From: Sphaerodactylus townsendi
Lineage: Eukaryota
Length of the DNA stretch: 64,000 bases
Direction of reading: 5' to 3'
Assembly (NCBI RefSeq): GCF_021028975.2
Contig: NC_059430.1
Location: 70,928,001-70,992,000 of the forward strand
Every line of letters begins with the position of its first letter. Position 1 is the stretch's first letter. This document shows, in pieces, positions 37,155 through 50,843 of the stretch. The translations under genes were made by a program, and so were the position numbers. A model generated the notes under the pieces. That model saw nothing but the letters and a program-made list of their open reading frames with translations, was not told the DNA's origin and made no database searches.

Positions 37155-39360
37155 CATAGATAGGCAGTGAGAACTCAAGTGACATGGAATATGGCCACAT
37201 ATGCCAACTTGGCAACCCAAAGGAATGTTAAAAAGCTAATAATATTTTTCTCTCCAAACAAGCACTGAAAAACTAGAACTTTGATAGTATGTTAGGCAAC
37301 ATTAATATGCCCTAAGCTGCTTTTAGTACTTACATTCAGTGGTCAAGCAGATATAGTATTTTGGTCAGTAAACCTAAACTCCTGTCATGAAATGAATTAA
37401 CTGAGAGGAAAAAAAGAACATGTCTTGATAAGTAAAGAGAAAATGCAACACTCTCCCCCCCAAGAGGAATAGCCACCTGCATTGCCCTGAGACCTCATAA
37501 ATTTTTATGTGACAGAAAACAAAACACCCTTGATAATGTGATTAATGAAGGTGTAAGATGTTGATCAAGAATACTAATGTGTAAAATGTTAGGAAGATTA
37601 TAAATTAGTGTTATAAAATGTTGATCACTGTTGTAATTGGTGATAAAATTAGTGACTTCAGTTAAATACAATGAACATGCACAAAACTAGAAGTGGAAAT
37701 ACAGTGATTTTGCCTGCGTTTCTCCGCTGGTAAAGTAACTTCAATTCATAGCTAGCTGTGGACAGGAGTCTTGACTACCTTAGCTGGAATTGGCTGGAGT
37801 TATTTGAAACTGAGCTGAGTGGCTGGAATTATTTGAAACTGAGAGACTAAACTCAGTGATTATTTCTTCTACTAGTGTGCCTTGGGGAAATATTGAATGT
37901 TGCAACTGTCACACAGATACAGATTTACCCCACACTGTTATTTATTTGATAGTTTCTCCCTCCATTGTTAGAGATGGTGTAAAATACACATTTTTCCTTT
38001 CCTGCTGAATTTCCTGTTGTCTTCTAAGATTGTGTTCAGAACCATATAAACAAACTGTCCTCAATATGAGCCATCTTGAAAAACTTCTGGCTTCAGTTTT
38101 GCTGAAATATTTCTTCACAAAGGAAATCCTGTTTCTTAGTAATGGATTTCCTGTAAAACATGAGGACTTTCAAAGAAGTAGTAGATGCTGTTGGTTGGTA
38201 CTTTGCTTTCCTTGTAAAGTCAGCATCATATAAAAAATTCAGTAAGAAAAATTGATTTTAAAAAAGATGGATGGTACCTTGATGATTTCTTATTATTTAG
38301 TTAATTTATGTTTTCTGCAATGCAAAAGGTGCAGTATATGCTATTTATTTCCTAGGAAATATTCAAAAATTACTGCTGACAAAAGCTACTTTACAGGTTG
38401 ACTCAGAAGTATATCTTACAATGTGAATGTTAATATTCTGTAAGGCTGTGCAGCAGTACTTATTGATGTAGTCTGAAGATTTGAATGACGGCAAGTCAAG
38501 AGGTTTTTTTTAAAGTTTTACATTGTTATTGACATTATATATTCATGAAATCTGTAGACAGTTTTGAAAGAAGAAGGGAATGTTGTCATGCACCAAAATG
38601 GATGACATGTTTTCAAGGCGAGTTCATACCATTTAACTTTTAGAGAATAGGCAACAGTAGTAGTAAATTTAAATAGTTAGCTCTACCTTCAAGCTAATAG
38701 TTGGATACTATAGCTTTGATGGTTTTTTTCATACAGAGAATACATTTCATATAATAAAGACCCTGCATTACAAGGTCTCAAGGAGTCACGTTACTACACA
38801 GCAAAGACGGCAATGGCTCCCCATTAAATCATACTATTTTTCTTTTGCCATAAAAATATATGTGTAAAATCCAATGTGATATATTTCATATAGACACCTC
38901 TGCTATTATTTCTCAGTGAAAAATATTGAGTCTGATTTCAATTTTTAAATTATAAATAAAATCGTGAAATATCATCATCTCTTTCTGCTAATGAATTGTA
39001 TTCGTCCCCAACCATGTTTGTTCAAGGGAACTCGCTTTATCTTTCTGCTGTAAAAATATTAATCACACTGGATAAAATAAAATTCATGCAATCACTTCAA
39101 AATTATTTTAGAAAACTTATGAACTAAAACAATTGTAACTTAATCTCTTTAACGTTGCTTGGGAGTAGTCCTACATTTAAAATATTATAAAATGAATTGA
39201 TGAAACATATTTGTGAGGAGCATCTGATGTGTTTAGGAAGAAGCTAGCTTGTTTTTGCTTGCTACTGTTCTGTTTTTGTTTTATCTTTATGTTTAAATTC
39301 ATTGTGAGCCACATTCTGTATCCATATGAACACAGGGTGAGAGATAAATGTCAAATAAGT

Positions 39361-39867
39361 AATGTCGAAGGCTTTCACGGCCGGAATCACTTGGGTGCTG
39401 TGTGGTTTCCGGGCTGTATGGCCGTGTTCTAGCAGCATTCTCTCCTGACGTTTCGCCTGCATCTGTGGCTGGCATCTTCAGAGGATCTGATGTTGGGAAA
39501 GCAAGTGGAGTATATATATCTGTTGGAGTGTCCAGGGTGGGTGGAGAAACATAGTCTGTGAGTAACAAAGAAGGCAACCAGGTCAATAGTTGAGGGCATC
39601 TGAATAGAAGTATGAGTAACAATGAAGACTATAGCATGGGAGTGTCAATGGAGATAGCAAGGTCACTGGTGGGAGCATCTGAATAGAAGTATCCTGGCCT
39701 TTGTTTCTTTTGTCTATGGTCATCCTGTGTTTGTGTGGAGCTGGTTAGACACTGTCTTGACTCTAGTATTTTTCAACACTGGCAGCCAAGTTCTGTTCAT
39801 TTTCATAGTTTCTTCCTTCCTGTTACACATGGACAATTTTAACAGGAAGGAAGAAACTATGAAAATG
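39361..39867 (-). mobile_element. Penelope-like retroelement 3' fragment with inverted 5' junction
   Basis: ORF-end remnant NRKEETMKMNRTWLPVLK on the minus strand, with inverted duplication HMDNFNRKEETMKM at about 39826-39867. Terminal sequence shared with 59673. Confidence 0.8.
39443..39485 (-). ncRNA. Minimal type I hammerhead ribozyme motif within the Penelope-like element
   Basis: Minus strand UCCU-CUGAAGA-U-GCC-(13 nt)-GGC-GAAAC-GUC-AGGA. It has the CUGANGA and GAAA cores, a GUC cleavage triplet, stems I and II, and a loopless palindromic stem III. Confidence 0.7.
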
Positions 39868-39943
39868 GAATGTGGGATTAAAGGGGGGAGCTTGGAGGTC
39901 AGCCTTTGCTGGTTGGAGAACCACACTCAAAGAGTAGTTGTCT

Positions 39944-41335
39944 CAACACACGTGGTTTACTCATTTCCAAGAGATTTGGTGATAACTGTGGCAATTCTCC
40001 TCAAGATATCCCATCCTCTGTGTTAACTGTTCCCACCTGGCCACCTGTACTTGTTGGTGAAATTAGATTGAGCAACTGATGTCCCATAAAACCCCGGGCC
40101 CTTATATCCTTCCGCCTGAGTTATTTAAAACATTCATTGATTGGTGGTTTCCACTCTTTGCTCTATTGTTCACCTCAGTCAATAGTACTGGCATTGTCCC
40201 CCCTTCATGGACCAATGCCATTGTAACCCCTATATTTAAAAAGGGAGATCATACCCTTCCAGCCAATTACAGGCCCATCAGTCTTCTTTCAATAACTGGT
40301 AAGCTTTATGCTAAATTTCTGTTGAATAAACTTTTATCCTGGATTGACACAAACAGAATCCTGGGTCCAGAACAAATTGACTTTAAAAATGGGCATTCCC
40401 CCCTAGGCCATTGTATGGTTAAATATGGTTGTCTCTAAATACATTAAGAGAAGCAAAGTCATATATACTGCCTTTCTTGATCTTAAAGGGACCTTTGACT
40501 CAGTTACAAGAGAGCTTCTGTGGCAGAAACTTGAGGCCTTGGATATTGATCCCAGACTTTTAGTACATATAAAAGCCTTGCACACTATTACCACATATCA
40601 AGTGAAATGTCCGCCCTTTGGCCTATTGACTTCTAAAATCTTAGTAACCAAAATAGTCAAACAAGGATGTGTTATGGCCCCCTTTTTGTTCAATTTGTTT
40701 CTTAATGACCTTGCTCTCACTCTGAGAACTGCTGATTCACACTGTCCTACCCTAGGAAATGTGTCGCTGCCAATGCTACTCGATGCAGATGATGTGCTCC
40801 TATTATCCCATACCAAGGTTGGTTTAACCCGCCTTTTATCCAAATGCAGTGAATACTGTGCTAACAATCTGTTACCAATCATCCCACTTAAATCTAACAT
40901 TTTGGTCTTCTCAAGCACTTTCAAGCCCACAAACTTGTACTTGGATAGTGACAAGTAGGTCAAGTTCTACAAATATCTGGGTATCAACTTTTACCACAAA
41001 CCTCTGAAGGGTTGTTAGAGCATATTTTGTTTGTCTGTCCAAAATTTATGGAATTTAAACTCAGTTTTTTTTCTTAAGGCTCCAATTTTGGCAGGCCCCT
41101 GCCCTCTTAACTCCAAACTGAATTATCTCCTGAATAATCAGGATCCCATGATATTGGAAATGGTGGCCAATTTTCTGATTAATACTCTGAAATAATCCTC
41201 TGGGCTTTCCTCTCTGTATATATTATGTTTGAACACGTTCAACATTCCTCCCAGTTCTCTTATTTTGTCTAATTTTATCTGGTGTATTTCTTTTGATGCC
41301 TAATAAAGGTTACTGTACTGTATTGTACTGTACTG
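39944..41335 (+). mobile_element. RTE-X-like LINE fragment (RT plus 3' end)
   Basis: ANYRPISLLS, AFLDLKGTFDSV, VKQGCVMAPFLFNLF and LLDADD motifs. Ends ATGCCTAATAAAGG followed by (TACTG)n. Confidence 0.8.
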
Positions 41336-41627
41336 AACTCAGTGGCATTTCCTCAGGGTGGAGGAAGGTGCCCATTGTAGGGCCACAGGGCTCAGTTCTG
41401 TGTCTGGTGCTTTTAAGTATATAAGTATATTTTAAGTATATTTTTATAAACAATCTGGAGGCGGGGTGGAGGTACTATTAATTGAACTTGCAGATTACAC
41501 CAAATTGGGAGCAAACATCCTGCAAGCTAAAGATGGAATTCAGTGAGATCTGAAAATATTGGAAAAGTGGACAGATGTAGACAAGATGCAATTAAACAAG
41601 TGCCGAGTTCTACATCTGGGTAACAGA

Positions 41628-44600
41628 TGGGATAAAAACTTTGGCTGCTTTTCAGGAGGCTTACTTACCCTGGTTTCTCAATCCGTTAAATCTAAAGCTC
41701 TTAATAGCTGTCCCCCATTAGCTCAGGCAATTTGGGTTAAATTGGGCCTCCATCCTTATGTGATAGTGAATATATATTTACCTTCCTACCAACAAAAAAC
41801 AACCTTGGACAAAAACTGGGGTAGATAGATTGACTATTTACAGAATCTTGAAAGAAATTTTCCAGGCACTGATATGATTATTGCAGGGGATGCAAATGCA
41901 AGATTGGGCATCAATTTTTCCCAACAGTTATTAATAGAAGGATTTGATCAAGAACTTATCCAAACGTTACTTACTCCCCACCTGAGAAATCTGAGGATAA
42001 GATTACAAACTTAGCGGGTCTCCACCTAGCAAAAATGGCCCTTGTAACAAATAAAATATGGTTAAATGGACTAAACAAATTTAAAAATGCCACGGACTTT
42101 ACATTTGTCTCTAAACAAGGGTGCAGTGTAATCGATTATTTTTTCATCCCCCCAGGTTTACTGCAGTATATTGAGGATTTTGAAGTTGGGAATTATTTCT
42201 TAAGTGACCATCTCCCTATTATCCTTACTCTTAACTATTCTCCCTTGCCGGAGATAAATTTGAACACAAGTCAAGGATTCCATAGGAAAATAACTTGGTC
42301 AAGTATTATTGATCATGAAATGACAATTTTTCTGCACTCCCCTACAATACAAGCAAATATACAGATGGTTATGAATGCTAAATCACCCTCTGAGGGGGTA
42401 AACTTATATAACCAAATACAACAGGAAATTACTAATCATTTTGCACATTTATCAGTAGTAGTAAAATCTCCTCATACCAGACCAAGAACCTGGTTTGATA
42501 AAGAATCTATAGAAATAAACAAATAAGGCTACTTTATAATCTATTCCATAAGAATAGGGACCCCAGGTTATACAATCATTTAACATCCTTGAAAAACAAT
42601 CTAAATAATTTGATAAAGATAAAATCACAACAAAATCTAGAGTATGAATGGGAACATCTATTTTGGGCCTTGAATTCCAAAGACCCTAAACAATTTTGGA
42701 GATGTGTTAATAAATCCCTCTTATTGAAACAAGCCCCTCAACATTGTATTCCTCCGGAAAAATGGTTTTCCTACTTTAACCAAGTATTTAATGATAGCAG
42801 CATACCAACGATTGCAGACATCAATCTAGAAAACATCCCACACTGGCCGCCTGTATCTCCCCAAGAGATAAATCTTCTAATAAAAGATCTGAAATATGGC
42901 AAATCTCCAGGCCCTGACTTAATTATTTCTGAGTTGATTAAATCCAACATAAGATGGTGGCCCAACTCCTTTCTTCTGCTTTTACCCAGGTAAATTCAAC
43001 AGGAAAAATACCAAAATCATGGCTCGAAGCGATAATAGTTACAATCTTTAAACAAGGTGATTATCAGGACCCTGTTAACTATCGCCCCATCAGCCTGTTG
43101 TCCGTAGTGGGCAAATTATATGCCAGGTTCCTCCATCTTAAACTAAATAGATGGATTCAAGAGCAAGAGGTCATAGGACATGAACAAATAGGTTTCTCCA
43201 AAGGAAAATCTACTAATGACTATGCAATAGTCCTGGCCCACCTTGCCCAAAAACAGTTAAAACAACGATCAGGCAAGCTCTATGTTGCTTTTTTTTTTTT
43301 TAGGACTTTTAAAAAAAAAAGCCCCTTTTGATCTTCACTATCATCTAGAGACTTGTTATGGAAGAAAAATGGAGGATTTGGAACATCGAACCCCAGACTG
43401 CCTTTTTTTTTAATCAGGCAATTTACACAAACTAACACCTCTTTGCCAGGTAAAATGCACTCCCAGGAGGGGGCATTTGGACCAATACTATCTTAAGCAA
43501 CAAAGGGGTGAAACAGGGGTGTATAATTGCTTTGACCTTGTTTAACATATACTTAAGGGACTTACCATTGGAACTTAAGGATATTGATGGACACAGCCCC
43601 AAAACTGAAAAAAAATACACATTTACCGGCGCTTTATGCAGATGATACTCATTATAAATGTCAGCACATTAATTGGTAGGCCTGTTTTGTTTAATGAACA
43701 GATGCTACAGCTACTGCAAATTAAACAAGTTCGGAACTTAACTTTGATAAATCAAAAGTTATGGTGTTTGCTAGATCATGGAAAAAAACAACCCTGGAAA
43801 GTAGCGACAAAAGAAATTGAACAAGTCAAGAAATACAAATACTTAGGTATTTTGTTTACTTATAATCTTTCTTGGACAGCCCATGTTAAAACAGCATCAG
43901 TAAAAGCTACTCCAACTGTAAACGCTTTAGTGAATTTCTTTTATACCAGAGGACACCAATACATTCCAGCAGTAATCAAGGCATTCAATGCAAAAGTAGT
44001 TCCGCAGCTACTCTATGGGTCCCCAGTCCTTTTCTTAGCTCAAAACACCAGTCTAAACACTCTACACTCTAAATTTTTGCATAGGATTATGAGTTTCCCC
44101 AACTGTGTGTCTTACGCAGCCTTATGCATTGAACTAGGCCTATGTTCCTTAACTACCTTGGCTTGGATTAGAGCAACTATATACTGGTTAAAAATCCACC
44201 ACCATTCCAAGCCAGGCAGTTTTACATGCTTACTGCTCTCTGAACTTAACACTTCAAACTGGCATGACAAAATAGTTGATAAGATTACAGAAATTGGCAT
44301 ATCCATGGATGAACATATCAATGTTATCTTGAGGCAAAAAAACTGTTAAAAGAAAAATTCCTTGAATGGGATTATCAAAGATCTTTAATAGCAGCAAATT
44401 CAATTTGCTCACCTCTAAATCAATCACTAGTTGAAGCAAAGGGTTGTATGTCTCATTATTTACTCTATATTACTAATTTTAGATTAAGACGTCCATTCTC
44501 TTTAGCAAGATTTAATATTTTGCCATCTGCCTTACTTGAGGGTCGATTCCAAAAAATACCAAAGACCGAAAGATTATGCCCTTGCAACAGCATACAAGTA

Positions 44601-44915
44601 GAAACACTAGAGCATATCATGTTTCACTGTCCAAACAGGGAATACTTAAGGTATAAGTATTGACCATTGTTTACATATTTTAATGTGGATATGACAGATG
44701 ATCAAAGGATAAAGTATTTCCTGGATGGATCAAATCAGGATTTTTCTGAATTAGTTGCCAAGTTTCTGTTGGATATAATTGGTACATCTACTAAGGGAGA
44801 TTTTTATATTAAATGATGGTTATTTGAGCTGTAACTGTTATTCTGGTTGTAAAATGTTTCTGGTTACAAAATGTTTTACTGTATGATGCCAATAAAGGCT
44901 TTGTGTGTGTGTGTG
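41628..44915 (+). mobile_element. RTE-X-like LINE with most of ORF2 (APE endonuclease, RT, C-terminal CCHC), frameshifted
   Basis: IIAGDANAR, SVIDYF, SDHLP, NYRPISLLS, GVKQGC, YADD and RLCPC...ETLEHIMFHC motifs. Tail ATGCCAATAAAGG followed by (TG)n. Flanked by a 30-bp duplication. Confidence 0.88.
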
Positions 44916-47900
44916 AAGTGCAGAGTTCTACATATGGGTAACAGAAATGAAAAGGACACATAATGAATGGGGGAGACACTTCTGAGTAATAGTGTGTGTG
45001 AACAAGATCTTAGACTACAGGTGAATTGTAAGCTGACTATGAGCTGTCAGTGTGATGCAGTGGGGAAAATGGGTTTATCAACAGGGGCATAATATCCAAA
45101 TCACAAGATGACATAGTCATGCTGTATACTGCATAGGTCAGGCCCCACTTGGAGCACTGTGTGCAGTTCTGGAGGCCTGGAATTTAAAAGGAGAATCTGG
45201 GCTCCCTAGTTTAAACACCATTGAAAGTGATGCTGTTTGGGGTGGATTCCAGCATCATAGCATCATTGGGGGGGGGGGGGCATGTTTACAGTTTCACAGT
45301 TTCTAGAATCACTGGAAGCACAAGTTAGAGGTGAGTGTTATTGCATAATAGTGGCAACTCAGCCCAAACCTTTAGATGACCTTTCCAAGCAGCTTCATGT
45401 TTTTTCTAAAAGTATGGAAGAGAAGATGGAACTTTGTGGGACCATTCAGAACCGGGTTGGATTCCTCACTCCTACACTTGAGCAGCAGTCTTATCTGTCA
45501 GTTTTGTTTTCTTACTCCTACACATAAAGCCTGGTTTGTTTGTTTCCCCACTCCTATGCCACTCCTATGTCACTCCTATGAATAAAGCCTGCCAAGTGAC
45601 CTGGACTAGTTTTTTATTATTTATTATTATTATTTATTAATTAGACTTCTAAATCGCCCTCCCCTGTAGGGTTCAGGGCGGTGAACAACAAAAGTAAACA
45701 ATAAACGACAAAATCAACAACTATTAAAGCCAATCAAGATAAAAATTATCTTACGACTTACAATTGAAAAAAATGGAGGATAAATCCAAACTTTTTTTCT
45801 ACCTTCCAAGTTGGAACAAAACTCCACAGAATGGTGACTCCCTGTCTCAACCACAAAAGAGTTGATACAGAAGGGTGCCATGATTGATGATACGGAGAGA
45901 TCCAGAATTAATAGAACAGGATTTTGTTGTCTCCTTTATTGCAGTTTTCTCCACTTCAATGTTTTTCAATGTTATACTCAATAATACTATGTGAATATCT
46001 TCTAATACATGATTCCCTCTATACACAGTCTTTCCACTTGTTGATGAGCAGCAGGCATAAGTGCTTTGGCTCTATCTCCACAGGATTGTTGACGTGGTCA
46101 AGAAGGCTGCTTTCCAAATGTTACTGATCTTGGGGATTGTGTGTAGGTGTGGACTTTTCCCTTCTGTGTTGGTGCTGTACTCACCAACCAGCAATTACAC
46201 AGAAGTTGGTCTAGTGCACTTGTGTCTGCTCTCCTTTTCAGCATGCTCAGTCAGCTCTCAGAGGGGTCATGTGGACAGAGCTATAGTGTTGTCTGATTGA
46301 GTACTCAAACAGTCAAAAGATAGACCATCTGTAAGCACCCTACAATATTCCATCAGAGTGTCTAGGGCTCTAAGCTCAGAAGTATACAGTTCAAGTTTTC
46401 TCTCAGCTACAACATAATAGGCATGCTTAGGCAAACCACTATCTTTCAACCTGAGCTCCACGGCCCCCTTTCTGCAATATAACATTAACAATACTAATAT
46501 ACCATGTAGGGCTAGTGGGATGATTACTGAGTATGTGAAGTACTTTCAAAACTCAAACTCAATGTATAAACTGCATAATAACAGAATGATTTTGCTGTGA
46601 CAGTATAGGAGATGATAAACTGTTGTTTTGTGTATATTTTAACTTATGTAATTAGGTAACATATGTTTTATTGTTATTCCCTTTAAACATTAAAAGCATG
46701 TGTGTTATTTGTACATATTCACTTTATTTTTCTTACCCATTTTCATAAATAATCTGTTAAATCAAACTCTGAAAAAACCATTTGAATGAAGAAATAGTTG
46801 GTAGGCTTCATTTTTGCATTTTAGACACAATAAAAATTAATTACAACCCAGGAAACCCACAATAATAATATTAATATTAATCTTCTGTACAATTTGACTC
46901 TTACATATTATCTAACATAGAAAATGGAAGCTAAGGTAGTATTTATTTGTTTATGGTATGTGTGATCTGCTTTAAAACTTACTCACGGGATAAAATGTGT
47001 TCAAATTCTACTGCCTATTTAATTTTGTTACATATATAGGAATTGAAAACAAGTTTGTCTACATACAGGTGCATTATCTATCGAATACAAATATTCAAGG
47101 AAGTCTTTTTTGCCACCTGGAAATGGCAGTGAGTTTGAAATCTGAATGTGAAATATGCATAATCAGTTTGTTTCAAGTCTTTAAAATCTCAGTAATAAGT
47201 AGATGTTAAAATACTGAAGTATTTTATGCTATCTGCTAACCTCACAATTAAATTACTGTATAAAGTTGGTTAAGTAATACAAAAATTATTACATTAAGGT
47301 GTGCTTTATGAAGAGACCAATGGCAGGGCAGCAATGAAACATGCTAATAGATTATACCCTGTAGCAATATATTGCCTTTTTATTACTTTTCCACAGGCAG
47401 CAGGTTCATGTATTACTGGCAACATTAGCCACTAGTTTTCTATCAAAAGTGATTCATTGTATTGAAACATAAATCCAGTACTGATCATTCTTGGTGAAAA
47501 TTCACTAGTATTAACTCTGTATAAAACATTGACTTAAATCTACTGTTTTCTGCTGCATACCAAGAACATTTTAACAGTGAGAACAGAGCATTTCTAAAGA
47601 TTCATTGTGAATTTTTTTTGAAAACATGGTACTATTTTTTATGTATATGATTGTTAAAAATTTATATATATATAGTTATTAGCAAAGCCATCCTGGATTT
47701 CAGATGCTGAATGTTCATGAATCTAGCATTGGAAATATTGATGTTCATTGCATTTGTTACTGAATAACAAGAATAAAATTTTGCTTGTACATAGTGTAAA
47801 ATGAGGTCTTTTGTAGTAGTACATGGCCTGTTTAGAATGATATAACAGACACTGAATGTTCATATATCAAACAAAATGCCATCTTTTTGTAGAAGAGAGG

Positions 47901-49536
47901 TGTCAAAAAGTTTCTTTGTACCTTTAACGCTTGTGATTATGTAGTACAAAATGCAGAGTTTGTAAAATTTCTTGAATGTACAGGCAAGAAATGAATAATT
48001 CAAAACAACTCATAAGTTCTACATTCTATTGTATCTTTTATAACACAGGCAGAAGATAGCATTATGTTCCCAGTAGAGCTGAATTTGCACAAGTTACACC
48101 TCTGAAAATGCCAGATGGTCTATGGTCTACTTTTGAGAGCTGTCACATATGTAAAGATTTGAGAAAAAAAAAAGACAGCTGAATGAGAGCAGCGGATCAT
48201 TAAAGGGAGAGTGAGAGTCCCTGGGTATCACCGTGTTTTAAGATACCGTTGTGTCGTTTCCCATATTACTCTTCCTTCTTTTCTTTTTTAAAAAAGATAT
48301 ATACAACCTTTAAAAATATGGTTAAAGCATTTATGTTTTAAACTAAATTGTTGTGGCTTAATCGTAAAACTGTCATTTTTAAATTCTTTATACTAAGATG
48401 CAATCATATGGTTCCTAATTGGTTTCAAGTGTATTTTAACCATAAGATTCAAGTCTCCCTAGTGAAAAATTATCAATAAAGTTAAAATAAATTTAAATTG
48501 GTCTAACTAATACATTTGGGGGTTTTATTCATTTTTTATTTGACCTATATATCATATATGAATACTCTAAAGCCAGTCAGCTAAAAAGTTGTGTGTTAAT
48601 GTTAAAAGACTGAAATAAGAGTACTTTGGGAGCAGAATGATCTTTTGATCTTAGTAAAGATAATAAAATGCTAAAACAAATAACTATGGATTGTTTAGTT
48701 CCTCTAAGACATTGGTCATTAATTGACAGACATGATATTTAGCACAGAAAATTTGCCTTGTTTCATAACTGTAATATTGAAATGCAGTTGCAAATTTTTT
48801 TCCCTAAAGATAGTAACTGTCAATTCCAAGAACTTTGTCATCTGGAGTAACAGAATTCCTTGTGTTCTCTTCACTTATTTATCGACAATGATAATAGCTT
48901 TTTCTAATGAGATGCTGGTGGAGCATAATATTTATACCTGTGAACTGGTCAGTATGCTTTCACATTTAATGCTTGCCTTTTTAACCATACCAATGTAAGA
49001 AGAATACTGAATAATCCCGAATGACTTTATATACAAATGGGGACTGTTGTGTTATGTGCTCTGTCAATGACTGTGTTGTCTCTACTCATTCATCTAAATG
49101 GAGCATTATAAAAAGAATCTTATAGTTGAAGTTTCAGGTGAACCTTTTTCGAATTTCTCTTTCTGATAGGATGTTAGATTATTTGTGATCACTGGAGATG
49201 GTTGAAATTAATTTATACTTCCATTAATGTGTAGCTTTTATGATGTTTCTTTAACTAGCTGTGGACCTATGAGAAGTTACAAGAATATGTTGTTGTCTTT
49301 TGGCATATTTTTCTTTTTTATCCTTTTTTGTTGCCACTTAACTTTGTTTCTGTCTAAATGAGGTTATTTTCTTAAGCCTGATATAAAACCAAACTCATAT
49401 CAGTGAGAAGCAGTAGAAGGAAGATGCCTTTAGTGTGAATTTGGATCACATTCATGCTGACCTAAATCAAAGGTACATGTGTTCTCTTCCCATAGTAGAA
49501 ATGGTAAATCTCCCCCCCCATTACGATTGCTAAAGG

Positions 49537-49917
49537 CAGGGGTCCCCAAACTTTTTAAACAGGGGGCCAGTTCACGCATGGCCAGAGCCCAGCCGGGGGC
49601 CAGACCAAGTGCCGCCCGTGGGGGGGGGCGCCATCCATCTGCCCTCGACCCGCCCCTGGCCGAGCCCCCCACCCCCGCGGTCCCCTTCCAATCCGGCCCT
49701 GAAGCTCTGCCGCCTTTCTCTCTCCCCCCCCCTTGCTGCATTGGTACGGTCCCCTCTGGCCGCTTGGAATGAGCAGCGAGTTGCCCGCGCTTAATGCTGT
49801 TTGTAAACCTGGGGAAAAGGAGATAGAGAAGGGGGAGATCCGCTTCTGCCCAGCGGGCCGGATAAATGTCTTCCGGGGGCCTGATTTGGCCCCCGGGCCG
49901 TAGTTTGGGGACCCCTG
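49537..49917. mobile_element. hAT-Charlie-like MITE
   Basis: TIR CAGGGGTCCCCAAACT and perfect 8-bp TSD GCTAAAGG (49529-49536, 49918-49925). Confidence 0.92.
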
Positions 49918-50843
49918 GCTAAAGGCCTTCATCAGAGTAATTTTCTCTCCTTCATTTTTCGTGCAACTGCTCATAATATCATGTGTTCCTGCAACAAATT
50001 CATCACTCATCAGACCATTTTAGAGCCTCCCCATCCTTTTGTTCATTTTCATAGGTGGATTATATATATATCTGGAGAATACTCCAGGTTGCTACCTTTG
50101 AAGTCCATGTTCAAAGTCCATGTTTGAAGTCCACTCTTGGGTTAACCTGGGGAACAGCTACTTTGCCATTGGATGCAGTGATTTTGAAATTTTAGCTTGA
50201 CCAGACTTGAATGAGTAAATAAGCGTGGGGTAGCCCTACAAAGAAGTCTACGAAATATCATGTGCCTTTACCTGTGTTCACATTCTTAGTTATGTCCAGA
50301 GGAAAAAAATAAGTTTTCTATTTTCCTAAAGGTCATTCTTACTCTCCACAAGCAACTAGACAATTGTCTATTTACAGACCTCTTTATTTTGATAAGATTT
50401 CTCCCCCCACCCCAAACACACACACCATTTTAGTAATATGATTTTGACTAATTTTTTTGCTGATATTTTATTTTTAGCTTGAGGTTGTGTTTTTGTTTCT
50501 TTACATGCACACATTCCAGAAGTAGATGGGAACTGTGAACAGGTTTCTTTGTATATAACGTTTGGAATTATTTTTCTTTCTGGAACATTAGTAGTGTCTA
50601 TAATTGGGAGTACGCTGAATGGTATAGAGTGGAATGGTGAAAAGTGCCATCAAATCACTGCAGATTTATGGCAACCCTGTAGGGTTTTCAAGGCAAGAGA
50701 TTATCAGAACTGGTTTGCCATTGTCAGCCTCTGCTTCACAGCCTGGACTTTCTTGGTAGTGTCTCATTCAAATATTAACCAAGACCTACCCTGTGTGGCG
50801 TAGTGGTTAAATGTCTCATTCAAATATTAACCAGGGCCTACCC

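Larger units (their letters stand above)
39868..45180 (+). mobile_element. CR1 RT fragment split into three pieces (about 39868-39943, 41336-41627, 44916-45180) by two LINE insertions
   Basis: Collinear CR1 motifs WLENHTQRVVV, GPQGSVLCLVLF, LADYTKLG, KCRVLHLG and ALVRPHLE-like sequence. Confidence 0.75.
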
